From assembly GCA_020724885.1 (NCBI GenBank), contig DYGD01000003.1:3103-67102 (forward strand): 64,000 nt of DNA, read 5' to 3'. This document shows, in pieces, positions 24,025-33,725 of this stretch. A model generated the notes under the pieces. That model worked only from the letters and a program-made list of their open reading frames with translations. It did not search any database and was not told the DNA's origin. The translations under genes were made by a program, and so were the position numbers. Position 1 is the stretch's first letter. Each line of letters begins with the position of its first letter. Source of the stretch: Candidatus Paceibacter sp. Lineage in GTDB: Bacteria > Patescibacteriota > Minisyncoccia > Phycocordibacterales > BOKC01.

Positions 24025-24738
24025 ATGTCTTGGCTTTATCATACTCTCATTTATCAACCACTCTACAACGGGTTGGTTTTTTTGATGGATATTGGGGCTG
24101 ATGCCGGTATTGCGGTGGTGGTTTTGACCCTCGCCGTTCGTTTTATTCTGTTCCCTTTATCTAAGAAAGCGGTTACCACTCAACAAAAAATCAGAGAATT
24201 CCAGCCGGAAATAGACCGCGTAAAGGAACAATATAAAAAAGACCGACAAGAACAAGCCAAGAAAATAATGGAGTTTTACAAGGAAAAAGGCATCAATCCT
24301 TTTTCAAGTTTTTTTCTGGTTTTAATTCAGTTGCCGATAATTTTCGGTCTCTATCGCATTTTCTGGGCTTCTGGCTTGCCGGAAATTCAACAACAAATTC
24401 TTTATTCATTTGTTCCAGTTCCCGCTTCGGTTGATATGATATTTTTGGGATTGGTTGATATTGCCTTAAAGAGCTGGCCGTTAGCTATTTTGGTGGGCAT
24501 TACCACCTTTTTCCAAATGAAGCTCTCAATGCCTGCTCTGAAGAATACCAAACCGGTCGGTCAATCTTTCAAAGATGATTTGGCGCGCAGTATGAACCTG
24601 CAGATGCGATACTTTTTTCCGGTCATTTCCATTTTTTTGTCCTACACCCTTTCGGGTGCTATCGCTCTCTACTGGTTGACTAGCAATCTCTTTACCATCG
24701 GACAAGAAATGTTTTTGAAGAGAAATAATAAAAAGTAG
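24025..24738 (+). CDS. yidC: membrane protein insertase YidC (short Oxa1-like form)
   Basis: 237 aa, five TM segments; canonical placement after rnpA. Confidence 0.85.
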   Translation: MSWLYHTLIYQPLYNGLVFLMDIGADAGIAVVVLTLAVRFILFPLSKKAVTTQQKIREFQPEIDRVKEQYKKDRQEQAKKIMEFYKEKGINPFSSFFLVLIQLPIIFGLYRIFWASGLPEIQQQILYSFVPVPASVDMIFLGLVDIALKSWPLAILVGITTFFQMKLSMPALKNTKPVGQSFKDDLARSMNLQMRYFFPVISIFLSYTLSGAIALYWLTSNLFTIGQEMFLKRNNKK

Positions 24739-24743
24739 AAACC

Positions 24744-25241
24744 ATGGAAGACAAAAACAACAACGAAGAGCATATAAATTCCCTTGCCTATTGTATGGAA
24801 GTAAGGACGGTTATTGAAGAATTATTGCGCCAAATGAACGTCGCCTACGAAGAAGTGGAGGTTTTTAAGGGACTTTCCGAAGTTGGCCCGAAGTTTATTA
24901 TAAAAAGCCGAGAGTCGGGAATTTTAATCGGCGCTCGCGGTGAAAACTTGCGGGCTTTCAGCCACTTGGCCAGAAGAATTGTTTTCAAGAAAAAGGACGG
25001 CTTGGCCAAATTTACCTTGGACATTAACAATTACCAAGAGGAGGCGACTAAGAAAATCAAAAACCAAGCGCTGTCTTTGGCCGAAGAAGTCAGAAAGAAT
25101 AAAAGGCGGATTGAATTGGAACCAATGTCTTCTTACGAACGAATGATTATTCACTCCCTTTTTTCTACCGACCCGGAAATTGAAACCGAATCAATCGGCG
25201 AAAAATCCGACCGGCGGGTGGTAATAAAACCTAGAAAGTAG
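24744..25241 (+). CDS. jag: Jag/KhpB-like RNA-binding protein (KH + R3H)
   Basis: 165 aa; C-terminal R3H motif (ELEPMSSYERMIIHSLF); canonical placement after yidC. Confidence 0.8.
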   Translation: MEDKNNNEEHINSLAYCMEVRTVIEELLRQMNVAYEEVEVFKGLSEVGPKFIIKSRESGILIGARGENLRAFSHLARRIVFKKKDGLAKFTLDINNYQEEATKKIKNQALSLAEEVRKNKRRIELEPMSSYERMIIHSLFSTDPEIETESIGEKSDRRVVIKPRK

Positions 25242-25326
25242 TTTGTAAGTTAAAAACCCTAAGGACTCAGTTTTGAACTTATAGCAGAGCGGAACTTACC
25301 AACTTACCAACTTACAAACTTACCAA

Positions 25327-26880
25327 CTATTGCAATTCAAACACCCAAAGTGAATAGTCGTTTTTGTTGGTGAAAAAAATAAATTTTTCTGTTTCGTCTA
25401 AAAACAGATTGGTGGCGTCTATGTTTTCCAATTGAGATAATGGGAAAATTCGTCCGTCTGAAACATTAATTTCCCAAAGCGCGTCGCTGAAAGAAATTGC
25501 GCCTTGATACCAACTGTCCGGGTAAGCGAATCCTTCCGGTATAACTTCAGGCATAGCGCAGTAAAGAATTATGGGATTTTTCTTGCTCCAGACGCATTTT
25601 TCTGGAAAGGTGCCGCCAAAATCCGACAAGTCGCTTGTTTGCCTGCCGTTTAAATCAAAAAGATTAAATGAAATTCTACCTTGAGTTGACCCAGAATAAA
25701 CCGCTTTTGAAACATCGGGGCTGATTAAAGCAGATAACCCGAATATGCCGTCTAAAATTTTCCGCATTTCTCCGTTGCTATTTAAAATGTATGCCAGCCC
25801 CGGGAAAAGAAAAGACGGCTTGGTCTGAATTAAGATACCCTGCCCGTTTATGCCGGAAGCGCGCCACTCCCGCGCCGGCGATTCAAAAATTTGCTGTCTT
25901 TGGCTACCGTCAGGGTTAGCCAGAAAGCCAACCGAACCCGAAGCGTCCTCAAGTAAATAGAAAATTTTGTTTAAATTTGGTAGATAAATCAGATTTTTGA
26001 TATCAGTCGGCAGAAAATTTAGAGCTGTGCGATAAAATTCGTCCTCGTTTCCGTCTTCTGTAACTTCGGCCGGTTTTTTGGCGCCGGTTATTTCATTCAA
26101 TTTTTCTCTGGTTAATTCGTCTACAATACCCGTCGGCTCTGTCAGATTTTGCGGGGTAAGAATTTCAACAGTGTATTTTTCTTGGAATTTTTCAACCGCT
26201 ACTCTGGTTGCCGGTCCGAAAATAGTGGTTTCCAACCCCGGACTGCCGGCGCCAGTTGATGCAATTCTGGTATCCGGGTCCTGATTTAAGATCCTTTGCA
26301 AGTTTAGCACCGCCGCACCAGTGCTACCTTGGCGCAGTTCGGAAGTAAATTCATAGCCGGAGGCAACGGTGCCTGTTTCGGCGCCGGCCGTTAAAAGTCG
26401 CAAGCTAACACTCTCTACTGTTTCCCGATCTTCTTTTAGAAATCTCAAAATAACATTGTTCGGTCCGGCCCAGACGGCCTCTTGGATTTTGGGTATGGTG
26501 GTGTTGGAAACCCGACCTAGCCCGGAGGTCTCAACGTTTCCTTCCCAAATGTGGCCGGTGGCGCGGTCAACAAAACGAAATAAAGTTTCTCCGTTTAAGT
26601 TAAAGACGGTGGCGCCGGCAATCGGCCGTTCGGAAATTTTTCTCAATTGCGTCAAAAAGGTTTCTGCCGGCGCAATTGGCCTCTCCTCTGTCTGCCCCAA
26701 GCCATTTTGAGGAGTGGTTGGGCGCGGAGTGTCGGTCTCCGAAGTTCGGCCAAAAGGAAAAAAGTCGCGGACGCTTAACCCGTTCTGCCTTTCTCCCGCG
26801 CTCTGCCTGTTGGTGAAAATAAAAATTACAAAAAACAAGACAATCAGAATCAGAGCAATAATTATCAATTTTTTTTTCAT
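25327..26880 (-). CDS. membrane-anchored secreted protein with a peptidoglycan-binding (PG_binding_1-like) domain
   Basis: N-terminal signal-anchor MKKKLIIIALILIVLFFVIFIF; internal GSTGAAVLNLQRILNQDPDTRIASTGAGSPGLETTIFGPATRVAVEKFQ resembling the PG-binding repeat. Confidence 0.55.
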   Translation of the reverse strand: MKKKLIIIALILIVLFFVIFIFTNRQSAGERQNGLSVRDFFPFGRTSETDTPRPTTPQNGLGQTEERPIAPAETFLTQLRKISERPIAGATVFNLNGETLFRFVDRATGHIWEGNVETSGLGRVSNTTIPKIQEAVWAGPNNVILRFLKEDRETVESVSLRLLTAGAETGTVASGYEFTSELRQGSTGAAVLNLQRILNQDPDTRIASTGAGSPGLETTIFGPATRVAVEKFQEKYTVEILTPQNLTEPTGIVDELTREKLNEITGAKKPAEVTEDGNEDEFYRTALNFLPTDIKNLIYLPNLNKIFYLLEDASGSVGFLANPDGSQRQQIFESPAREWRASGINGQGILIQTKPSFLFPGLAYILNSNGEMRKILDGIFGLSALISPDVSKAVYSGSTQGRISFNLFDLNGRQTSDLSDFGGTFPEKCVWSKKNPIILYCAMPEVIPEGFAYPDSWYQGAISFSDALWEINVSDGRIFPLSQLENIDATNLFLDETEKFIFFTNKNDYSLWVFELQ

Positions 26881-26889
26881 TTTCTCAAT

Positions 26890-27756
26890 CTAAATAAGTT
26901 TACAGGTAAAATACTGACATGCTGGAGGGCCAGTTTCACTCCCCCAAATTTCTTTTACATATTCTTCGCATTCTTCTGGTGTGTTGAATTGTATTTGTGT
27001 TCGGTAGTTCATAACGACTTTCCGGTCGCCAACGCATTGATCTGGTGATGTTTCTTCCACATCTCCGTTCAACGCATAAACTGTCGGCCCAAAACAACGC
27101 CAGGCTTGACAGCTTTGGGATGGTCCTTCAAATTGTTCCCTTAACCACATTGTTTCAGAAACTTTTCTGGCGAACCGATCATTTTGGAAGAATTCTGCCA
27201 ACCAGAGCTGGCATGCTTCCGGACTTGATCTAGTAATCCCTTCATCACCCCGCTGACTAAAATCATAAGAACAAGAAAACTGTTTTTTTTGAAATGTGTT
27301 TTGAAGCACCTCGATAGAATATTTTGGCAATGTGGGTTGTGGTGGAGTTGGTTGTATTGGCGGTAGTGGTTCAATGCCGATTCGCAGAGATAAAATATTT
27401 GGATTAATGGTGTATAAAATCAGATAAGCGGCAATGGCCAGAATCAAACCGAGCACGGCTTTGGTAATTTTTTCCTTCCCCTCCTCTTTGCCCGTGAAAG
27501 AGTCGGTGGTGATATATTGAATCCCACCAATCATAATTACGATTACCGCCAAGACCCCGGCAATTCCTATCAAAATAGCGAAAGCGCCACTTAGGTAAGA
27601 AACCAAATTTATTTTTTCTCCGGCTTCCGGAGTAACTCCCGGAATCGGCGCCAAAGGCACATAGCCAGCATCTTGAGCAAAAATCAAAAATGGCGTCGCG
27701 ATTAGCGTTAAAGTAATTATTAAAATAATTGTTTTGGCGACTATTTTTATTTTCAT
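26890..27756 (-). CDS. putative VirB2/TrbC-like pilin-type protein with Cys-rich C-terminal domain
   Basis: Signal peptide then two long hydrophobic helices (LSGAFAILIGIAGVLAVIVIMIGG... / KAVLGLILAIAAYLILY) as in VirB2/TrbC pilins; C-terminal 150 aa with 10 Cys. Confidence 0.45.
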   Translation of the reverse strand: MKIKIVAKTIILIITLTLIATPFLIFAQDAGYVPLAPIPGVTPEAGEKINLVSYLSGAFAILIGIAGVLAVIVIMIGGIQYITTDSFTGKEEGKEKITKAVLGLILAIAAYLILYTINPNILSLRIGIEPLPPIQPTPPQPTLPKYSIEVLQNTFQKKQFSCSYDFSQRGDEGITRSSPEACQLWLAEFFQNDRFARKVSETMWLREQFEGPSQSCQAWRCFGPTVYALNGDVEETSPDQCVGDRKVVMNYRTQIQFNTPEECEEYVKEIWGSETGPPACQYFTCKLI

Positions 27757-28745
27757 TGCGATAAATTAATTGAAACATCGGTGCCGGTATTTTGTAGTAA
27801 GCGGTTTTTATGCCGAACCGATACCGAGATTTCCGCTTGCCCCGTCGCTTGCTCTTCATTTCTCAAAGTAATTAAGCTTTGATTGCCGGTGGTTCTAATC
27901 GTCTGCCCGCTCTGTCGCCAGACATATTCCAGGTCGCGACTTTCTCTGAAAAAAGTTGAAAAAGAATAAGGGATGGCCGATAAAACTATTTCTCTGTCTT
28001 TTAATTCAAAATTTTGCAGGGCGCGGTTGAAAAGCAGTCCGTAAAGCGGGCTGTCTTCGTATATCAGAACCTGTGGATCGGTGTTAATGATGGTGGCGGT
28101 TTTCTCGGCCCGCATTGAATTGTTCTGCGTCGCCACTACGACTTTTATGCCTATCGGCCTAGTGATCGGGCCGGCGCCTATGGTTATCCGGTCGCGACCG
28201 ACCCCGGACAAATCTCTTAATAAGAGATTTTCTCTATACCAACTGTAAACCAAATTTTTCGGGTCAGCCATTCCGCCTTGGCTGTCTAAAAACAAAGGAA
28301 TAGCGGAGACCGTAATCTCACTGCGGTCGGTGAAAAGTGATCGGCCGGAATAAAACGGCGGGCTGTAGGTCTCGGCGTTCCAGACGATATTCACTTCCGC
28401 CGGCCGGATCACTATTTCCCTTCTGAAAGTTTGCCCCTCAAAAGTTTTTAATTCCAGATTTAAGCGGGTGGTGTCACCGGGGGCGCCAGCGTTAAACTCA
28501 AAACGGGTATTGCCAATCCCACTTTCTGCCAATTCTCCGTCTATAAACCAAGCTACTTCAGCTTTTTTAAGGTCGGTTAAATTCAGCTCAATATTGGCGG
28601 TGATTGTTTCAAAAGGCGCTGGATTGGCCGGACGCAAATTAAGTTTCAAAAACTCGTTCAGGATTGGCATCTGGGCGCTGGCTGGAAAAGCAAGCAAAAG
28701 CAGGGGAAAAACCAAAGAAGTTAGTTTTAGAAAAATCCCTTTCAT
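27753..28745 (-). CDS. secreted protein, function unknown (330 aa)
   Basis: Signal peptide MKGIFLKLTSLVFPLLLLAFPASA; translationally coupled (ATGA overlap) with the downstream gene. Confidence 0.5.
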   Translation of the reverse strand: MKGIFLKLTSLVFPLLLLAFPASAQMPILNEFLKLNLRPANPAPFETITANIELNLTDLKKAEVAWFIDGELAESGIGNTRFEFNAGAPGDTTRLNLELKTFEGQTFRREIVIRPAEVNIVWNAETYSPPFYSGRSLFTDRSEITVSAIPLFLDSQGGMADPKNLVYSWYRENLLLRDLSGVGRDRITIGAGPITRPIGIKVVVATQNNSMRAEKTATIINTDPQVLIYEDSPLYGLLFNRALQNFELKDREIVLSAIPYSFSTFFRESRDLEYVWRQSGQTIRTTGNQSLITLRNEEQATGQAEISVSVRHKNRLLQNTGTDVSINLSQ

Positions 28746-28820
28746 TGCCCTAATTTTAGCATATTTAGACGCGGGCGCGGGTGAAGCTGTGAATTTTTTG
28801 CTCCTGGAACTGTTTGGAAT

Positions 28821-29267
28821 TCAAACCGGCTTAGCGACTTTGCCGATAGCAAGCAATTCCTCTCTTTTTTCAAAAAAAATAGTGAAAAATACGGAGGCGG
28901 TGATAGCCGGAAGTGGCGTCCAGGAAAACAGAAAACCCAAACCCATTGATGCTAGTTTTTTAGGTGTTAACATCCGAACTCCTTTTAATGAAAACCAGAA
29001 AAAGAAAATGCCATACGCCAAAACGCTGATGGCTAATCCGATTATTTGTCCAGCGATCGGTATAATGTTTATTAAGGCAATCAGGAGATCAAAAAAAATG
29101 GCGGTCCCGTACATTAAATACTTGGTTCCTTGGCTCAATTTCTCACCATTTCCACCGCTAGCCCTGGCTTTATTGGGCGAGGTATTAGGAGGCTCCTTTT
29201 TTTCTTGCCGTGGCCTAATATGATGCGCCTCTGTTTTTTGTTGCGCGGACTTTTGTTGTTCATCCAT
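28821..29267 (-). CDS. small polytopic membrane protein (148 aa)
   Basis: Three hydrophobic helices after a charged N-terminus; sits between the VirB4-like ATPase and the secreted protein. Confidence 0.45.
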   Translation of the reverse strand: MDEQQKSAQQKTEAHHIRPRQEKKEPPNTSPNKARASGGNGEKLSQGTKYLMYGTAIFFDLLIALINIIPIAGQIIGLAISVLAYGIFFFWFSLKGVRMLTPKKLASMGLGFLFSWTPLPAITASVFFTIFFEKREELLAIGKVAKPV

Positions 29268-29295
29268 TTTTATATTTTGTTATTTAGCCATTTGG

Positions 29296-31125
29296 TTATT
29301 TGTTCTCGGTTTCTTCTAGCTCCTGCTTGGCTTTTTTAATTGCCAGAATCTGCGACGGGTCGGAGGTGATAATCTGGTCTTCGGTGTAGGAAGCAATAAT
29401 TTTTATGGCCACGTGTTTTAAGCCGGCAAAGAAGATTCCCTCGCCAACTCCTGACTCTAAAAGCAGAAACTTTTCCTCGTCGGTCAGGTTAAAGACCTTT
29501 TGGAGTTTGTCTATTACGGTAGGCGATTGCTTAAGCAGGACCTGAATTGAAGAATTGGTGATAATCGGCAAACCGTAGGGTGATTTCAAAAAATCGTCAA
29601 CGTCTTGGGTGATAGTAGAAAGACCGAGATAGTATTTTCTCCCTCTTTTTGCCAAACTAAGCAAAAAAGAAGCCGTGTCTTCGGATTTCATCATCCACCA
29701 TGCCTCATCTATAACCAAAAGCCGTTTTTTCAGTTCTTTCCGGATAGCGTTCCAGATGTAATGCATAACTATATACATTGCCACTGGCTTTAGCTCGTCT
29801 TCCATATCGCGCAAAGAAAAAACGATAAATTTGCTGTTGATGTCTATGTTGGTTGGCTGATTGATAAAACCAGACCAGGTGCCGACGGTGTATTTTGTCA
29901 GACGTTGGGCTAAAGATTCAGCCCCCTCCATCCCCTTCAAGACCGTTTCAAAATCGGAAAGCAGAGGCGCTTCAACATTTGAGAAATCGGACTCGGTGGT
30001 GATATCTTTCAGGGCGTAGGTCTCGCTGATAGCGCGGTCAATAATGGCGTCTTCTTCCGGTGTCAAACCGCCTAGCATCAATCGGAAAAGTCCGACCAGG
30101 TTAATGATGTGCGAGCGCAAAACATCAGAACGAGATTCATCTTCGGCCGCAATCGGCAAGTCAAACGGGTTGATGTGGTGTTCTGATGTCAGTGAGATTT
30201 TAAAATAGCGACCGCCGATAGCATCAGCCATATATTCATATTCACGCTCCGGATCAATCACCATCACGTCGGTATCAAACATCAGAGTTCTCAAAATTTC
30301 TAGTTTTGTCGTGTAGCTTTTGCCGGAGCCGGATTTGGCGAAAATTACCGAGTTATAATTCTCCAAAGAGAAGCGATCAAAGAGAACCAAGCTAGAGTTG
30401 TGGCGGTTGATACCGTAGAGGATTCCCCGGTCCGAAGTCAAGTCAAAAGAGATGAAAGGAAACACGCTTGATAAGGGCGAAGAATTAAGTTTGGAGTGAA
30501 CTTCCAAAAGGTCGGTGCCGATTGGCACTACGCTTTTTAAGCCCTGCTCTTGTTGGAAAAGAGCCGGTTTGACATAGACAAGCTGGGCTTCCAGAATTGA
30601 CTTCATTTCTGTCTCTATTTTATCCATCTCTTCTTCGTTGTCGGCATAGATTGAAACATATAAACCAACGTCAAAAATTTTTTCTTGGGCTTGTTGCAGT
30701 TGATCGCGCAATGCTTCCAAGTCGGCATACGCGGTGTCAAGCATTGGGTCGCGGACCATACCTTTCTCTTCTCGGGTGTGGATCTGGCTCTGGATTTCCG
30801 CGACCTTTTTTTGGAATTGCTTTAAAATTCTGGCGGTGTCTATTGGGTGCACAAAAATTGAAACATCAAAAATTTTGTCCAAGTTTATAATCGGGGCAAA
30901 CCATCCTTCGGCCAAATATCTTGGATAAGAGATAACAAAATAAGTTCTGACAATTTTGTTGCCCAGATTCAATTCTCGCGGGCCTACTTTCAAAGCGCTG
31001 GGCGCGATAATATCTTTTAGCTCCAAAGCGCTGGCCCGATAAAGTTCTTGGGGCAGAATGAGATTTTCCTCCGCCTCCCCGCCCTCCTCATCTTTCTTTT
31101 TTTTGAACAAACCTAAAAAACTCAT
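29296..31125 (-). CDS. virB4: VirB4/TrbE/CagE-family type IV secretion ATPase (ATPase domain portion)
   Basis: Walker A FAKSGSGKSYTTK, Walker B-like LLVIDEAWWMM, TrbE-like C-terminal region; start set at ATG 31125. Confidence 0.75.
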   Translation of the reverse strand: MSFLGLFKKKKDEEGGEAEENLILPQELYRASALELKDIIAPSALKVGPRELNLGNKIVRTYFVISYPRYLAEGWFAPIINLDKIFDVSIFVHPIDTARILKQFQKKVAEIQSQIHTREEKGMVRDPMLDTAYADLEALRDQLQQAQEKIFDVGLYVSIYADNEEEMDKIETEMKSILEAQLVYVKPALFQQEQGLKSVVPIGTDLLEVHSKLNSSPLSSVFPFISFDLTSDRGILYGINRHNSSLVLFDRFSLENYNSVIFAKSGSGKSYTTKLEILRTLMFDTDVMVIDPEREYEYMADAIGGRYFKISLTSEHHINPFDLPIAAEDESRSDVLRSHIINLVGLFRLMLGGLTPEEDAIIDRAISETYALKDITTESDFSNVEAPLLSDFETVLKGMEGAESLAQRLTKYTVGTWSGFINQPTNIDINSKFIVFSLRDMEDELKPVAMYIVMHYIWNAIRKELKKRLLVIDEAWWMMKSEDTASFLLSLAKRGRKYYLGLSTITQDVDDFLKSPYGLPIITNSSIQVLLKQSPTVIDKLQKVFNLTDEEKFLLLESGVGEGIFFAGLKHVAIKIIASYTEDQIITSDPSQILAIKKAKQELEETENK

Positions 31126-31126
31126 A

Positions 31127-31768
31127 TTATTTTTCGTTAATTTTGATGGCCTTTTCGAGCTCTCCGGGGTTAAATGTTTTGTAAAACAATTCAACCACTT
31201 CTTCCGTTTTTAAGACCGCCGTTCTAAGACCAAAACTTATAAGCCCTTGTTCAATAACCGAGATTCTCTGCTCCAGTTGGGTGATGTTTTCTTCAAACCC
31301 GCTTTGTTGTGTGTCTTTTTTGGTTTCTTTTTTCCCGAATCTACCAAAAGAAATTTTGCCACCGGCTTTGCCGAGAATTGCCGGCGAGTATGGCACAATG
31401 ATAAAAAAATGCTTGGTCATTATATTTGTGCTTTCGGTGAAGGCCTTAATGAAGCCGATGTATTCTCTGACCTGGATTTTCATCAGGTCGCTCTTCTGTT
31501 CTCGCTCTCTTTCTTCGAGCAGGGTTATGTATGGCCGGATATCCAATCTTCTGGATTGGATGACAATTTGGATTGAAAAATCCAGAGAATTCAGAAGATT
31601 TTGGAACTGATAAATTATCGCTTTTCTTTCATCTTCTGACTTTAAGGCAAAATTTGTTGATGAAACCATCAAGACGGCCCTCAAGCTGTTGTCTTTTAAT
31701 TTTATTATTCCATCCCGAATTTCTTTTATTGGGACGAATTCTTGTGTCGCCTTCGCTGATAAAGCCAT
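31127..31768 (-). CDS. VirB4/TrbE N-terminal-domain protein (separate ORF; split or frameshifted virB4)
   Basis: FVPIKEIRDGIIKLKDNSLRAVLMVSSTNFALKSEDE matches the CagE/TrbE/VirB N-domain; stop TAA (31129-31127) is 1 nt from the ATG of the ATPase ORF in a different frame; combined length about 820 aa, a full-size VirB4. Confidence 0.6.
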   Translation of the reverse strand: MALSAKATQEFVPIKEIRDGIIKLKDNSLRAVLMVSSTNFALKSEDERKAIIYQFQNLLNSLDFSIQIVIQSRRLDIRPYITLLEEREREQKSDLMKIQVREYIGFIKAFTESTNIMTKHFFIIVPYSPAILGKAGGKISFGRFGKKETKKDTQQSGFEENITQLEQRISVIEQGLISFGLRTAVLKTEEVVELFYKTFNPGELEKAIKINEK

Positions 31769-31825
31769 AAGAAATTTTATTGCAAACTTGGAAGATGCTA
31801 GAAGTTTACCCGCGGTGTTAATTCT

Positions 31826-32308
31826 TTATTCTCCGCTACCGCCCATTTTAACATTTTTTTCTGCCGTTTTTTGCGCCAAATTGCTATCCTTGTATCTTCT
31901 GATTTCAGCACCCTGCTCTTTTATGTCTAAGTTCCAAGTGAGCTCCTTTAGCTTGGAGCCGGACATTCGAGGAATCATACTACTGGCCGCTTTTTCGCGG
32001 ATAATTTCTTCGGCGATTTCAACTTTTGGATCCTGCTTTTTCCAGATATAAAGTTTCCCACCAGCCAGATACTTGAAAGCTGCCTCCAGAATTTCAATAA
32101 ACGGCTTATTGTTGATCTTCCAAAAAGCCAGAGCAATTCCCAACCCGCCCATTGGAATTATCAGAAAAAAAGCCAGGAATTTCGGCAGAGCGTTGTATAA
32201 AACGACGATAATCCCAGCCGTACCGGCCAGATAGATAAATTGTTTCAAGGTAAAAGGCCCGATAATCTTGTCTTCCACTTCTATAAATTGGGGGACTTGA
32301 AAACGCAT
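31826..32308 (-). CDS. putative VirB3/PrgI-like small membrane protein
   Basis: 160 aa; N-terminal two-helix hydrophobic hairpin (FIYLAGTAGIIVVLYNALPKFLAFFLIIPMGGLGIALAF) then a charged tail; immediately upstream of the VirB4 genes. Confidence 0.4.
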   Translation of the reverse strand: MRFQVPQFIEVEDKIIGPFTLKQFIYLAGTAGIIVVLYNALPKFLAFFLIIPMGGLGIALAFWKINNKPFIEILEAAFKYLAGGKLYIWKKQDPKVEIAEEIIREKAASSMIPRMSGSKLKELTWNLDIKEQGAEIRRYKDSNLAQKTAEKNVKMGGSGE

Positions 32309-32365
32309 GTCGTTTAATTACTCTAATTACTCTAATTTACCTAATTTCTAAACAAGCACCAATTT

Positions 32366-32641
32366 CTAATCTTCCCTAATCTTTTTATAAATGGAGTTAA
32401 AAATGAGATTTAATTCTTTTGCTTCGGTCCATAAAACTCTCGCCCTTTCTGCCATTTCAGGAACAGCTACTCCAGACATTCTTAAGAAGTGTTTTGATTC
32501 TCTTGATTCTTTCTTACAAATTCCGATCTTATGCCTGAAATCTTCCCTGCTCTCCGCGTCATCGGCTTCGCAGTAATTGGCACCGACACTTGTTCCAAAT
32601 TTAGCGGTTCTTTCTTCTAGAACATATTTGTCATCAGACAT
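32366..32641 (-). CDS. four-helix-bundle protein (family often annotated as 23S rRNA intervening-sequence protein), N-terminally short
   Basis: TSVGANYCEADDAESREDFRHKIGICKKESRESKHFLRM matches the conserved core of the family. Confidence 0.55.
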   Translation of the reverse strand: MSDDKYVLEERTAKFGTSVGANYCEADDAESREDFRHKIGICKKESRESKHFLRMSGVAVPEMAERARVLWTEAKELNLIFNSIYKKIRED

Positions 32642-32661
32642 TGGGATTTTCTTAGGTCAAT

Positions 32662-33708
32662 TTACTCAGTCGGTTCTCTATACGGATCCTCGTTGTGATA
32701 TCTTTCTTTCCTGGCATTTTCAATTTCTCTCGGATTTCTTTTCAAATCAGGTTCTTTGGTTGGTAAATTTTCCGGTGCTTGGCTTTTGGGCCGAAAGTCG
32801 GTCTGTTTTGAATTTCCAAAGACCTGATTTTCAAATGGGGTTTTCGGAGCGTATGATGGCGGATGCTCTATTTCTTCAAGAATTTTATTTTTATCAAGGT
32901 CTTCTTCGTTGCTGTCGCCAATTTCGTCGTGTTGGCTTTCTATCTCAACACCGCCGACGCTTCCCTTCCAGTCAAAATCGTCTGTGCCCAAGTCGCGCGC
33001 CGGCTCCACTCCATACCTTCTTTCCGCTTGAGCCGAAGCGTCGGCGCTCAATCGCGCGCCCAAGTTTCCACTCTGTGAAAATCTGGGCTGGTCTTGTTTA
33101 CCTAAGTTTTCGGCCGGCGAAAATCTGGCGGGTCTAGTTTGGGCAGGAGAGGTTCCAGTTCTCGGTTCTGTGGTCGGCGGGACGTATCTTTTTTCTGGAG
33201 TGCTTGTCGCTTTGGGCGTTTGGGGAATTTGCGCCAACTCTTGCCGAAGCCGTCTCAAGGATTCCCCATCGCCGTTTTTTGGTTTTGAAGCGGTTGGTGG
33301 AGAGTAGACCTCCGGTTCCCTTTTAAAAGCTTCGGAGGGGGTACCCTCTTTCCGGTCTTCCCCCTTCCCCTCTTCGTTTTCTGGTTCTAGAGAATTTTCA
33401 ATTGCTTCAAGGGTTTCTTCTACTGGTTGGAATATATTTTTATAAACATCCAATGCGATTGAGGTTGCCCGATCCAACCCGACTTCCAACCCCCTTTTTA
33501 CATTTCCCGTATAATCGCTCAAATCAGACAAGCCCAGCAAGACAAGATAGGTTTCGTCTTTCAATCTGGTCAGCTGATCTTCGCTGATACTGTGGGCGGT
33601 AGCAATTGCTTGGAATTTGTCCTTGAGACCCGGGTCCGTTATTACCGCCTTCAGATCTTCAGGCAGGATCGGATAAATCTCCTCTATTGTTTTTTGTAAT
33701 TCGTCCAT
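32662..33708 (-). CDS. low-complexity Pro/Glu/Thr-rich protein (348 aa), likely disordered
   Basis: Structured N-terminal 100 aa then P/E/T/S/K-rich sequence; embedded in the T4SS-like cluster. Confidence 0.45.
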   Translation of the reverse strand: MDELQKTIEEIYPILPEDLKAVITDPGLKDKFQAIATAHSISEDQLTRLKDETYLVLLGLSDLSDYTGNVKRGLEVGLDRATSIALDVYKNIFQPVEETLEAIENSLEPENEEGKGEDRKEGTPSEAFKREPEVYSPPTASKPKNGDGESLRRLRQELAQIPQTPKATSTPEKRYVPPTTEPRTGTSPAQTRPARFSPAENLGKQDQPRFSQSGNLGARLSADASAQAERRYGVEPARDLGTDDFDWKGSVGGVEIESQHDEIGDSNEEDLDKNKILEEIEHPPSYAPKTPFENQVFGNSKQTDFRPKSQAPENLPTKEPDLKRNPREIENARKERYHNEDPYREPTE

Positions 33709-33725
33709 TGTTTTTTTGATTTTTA

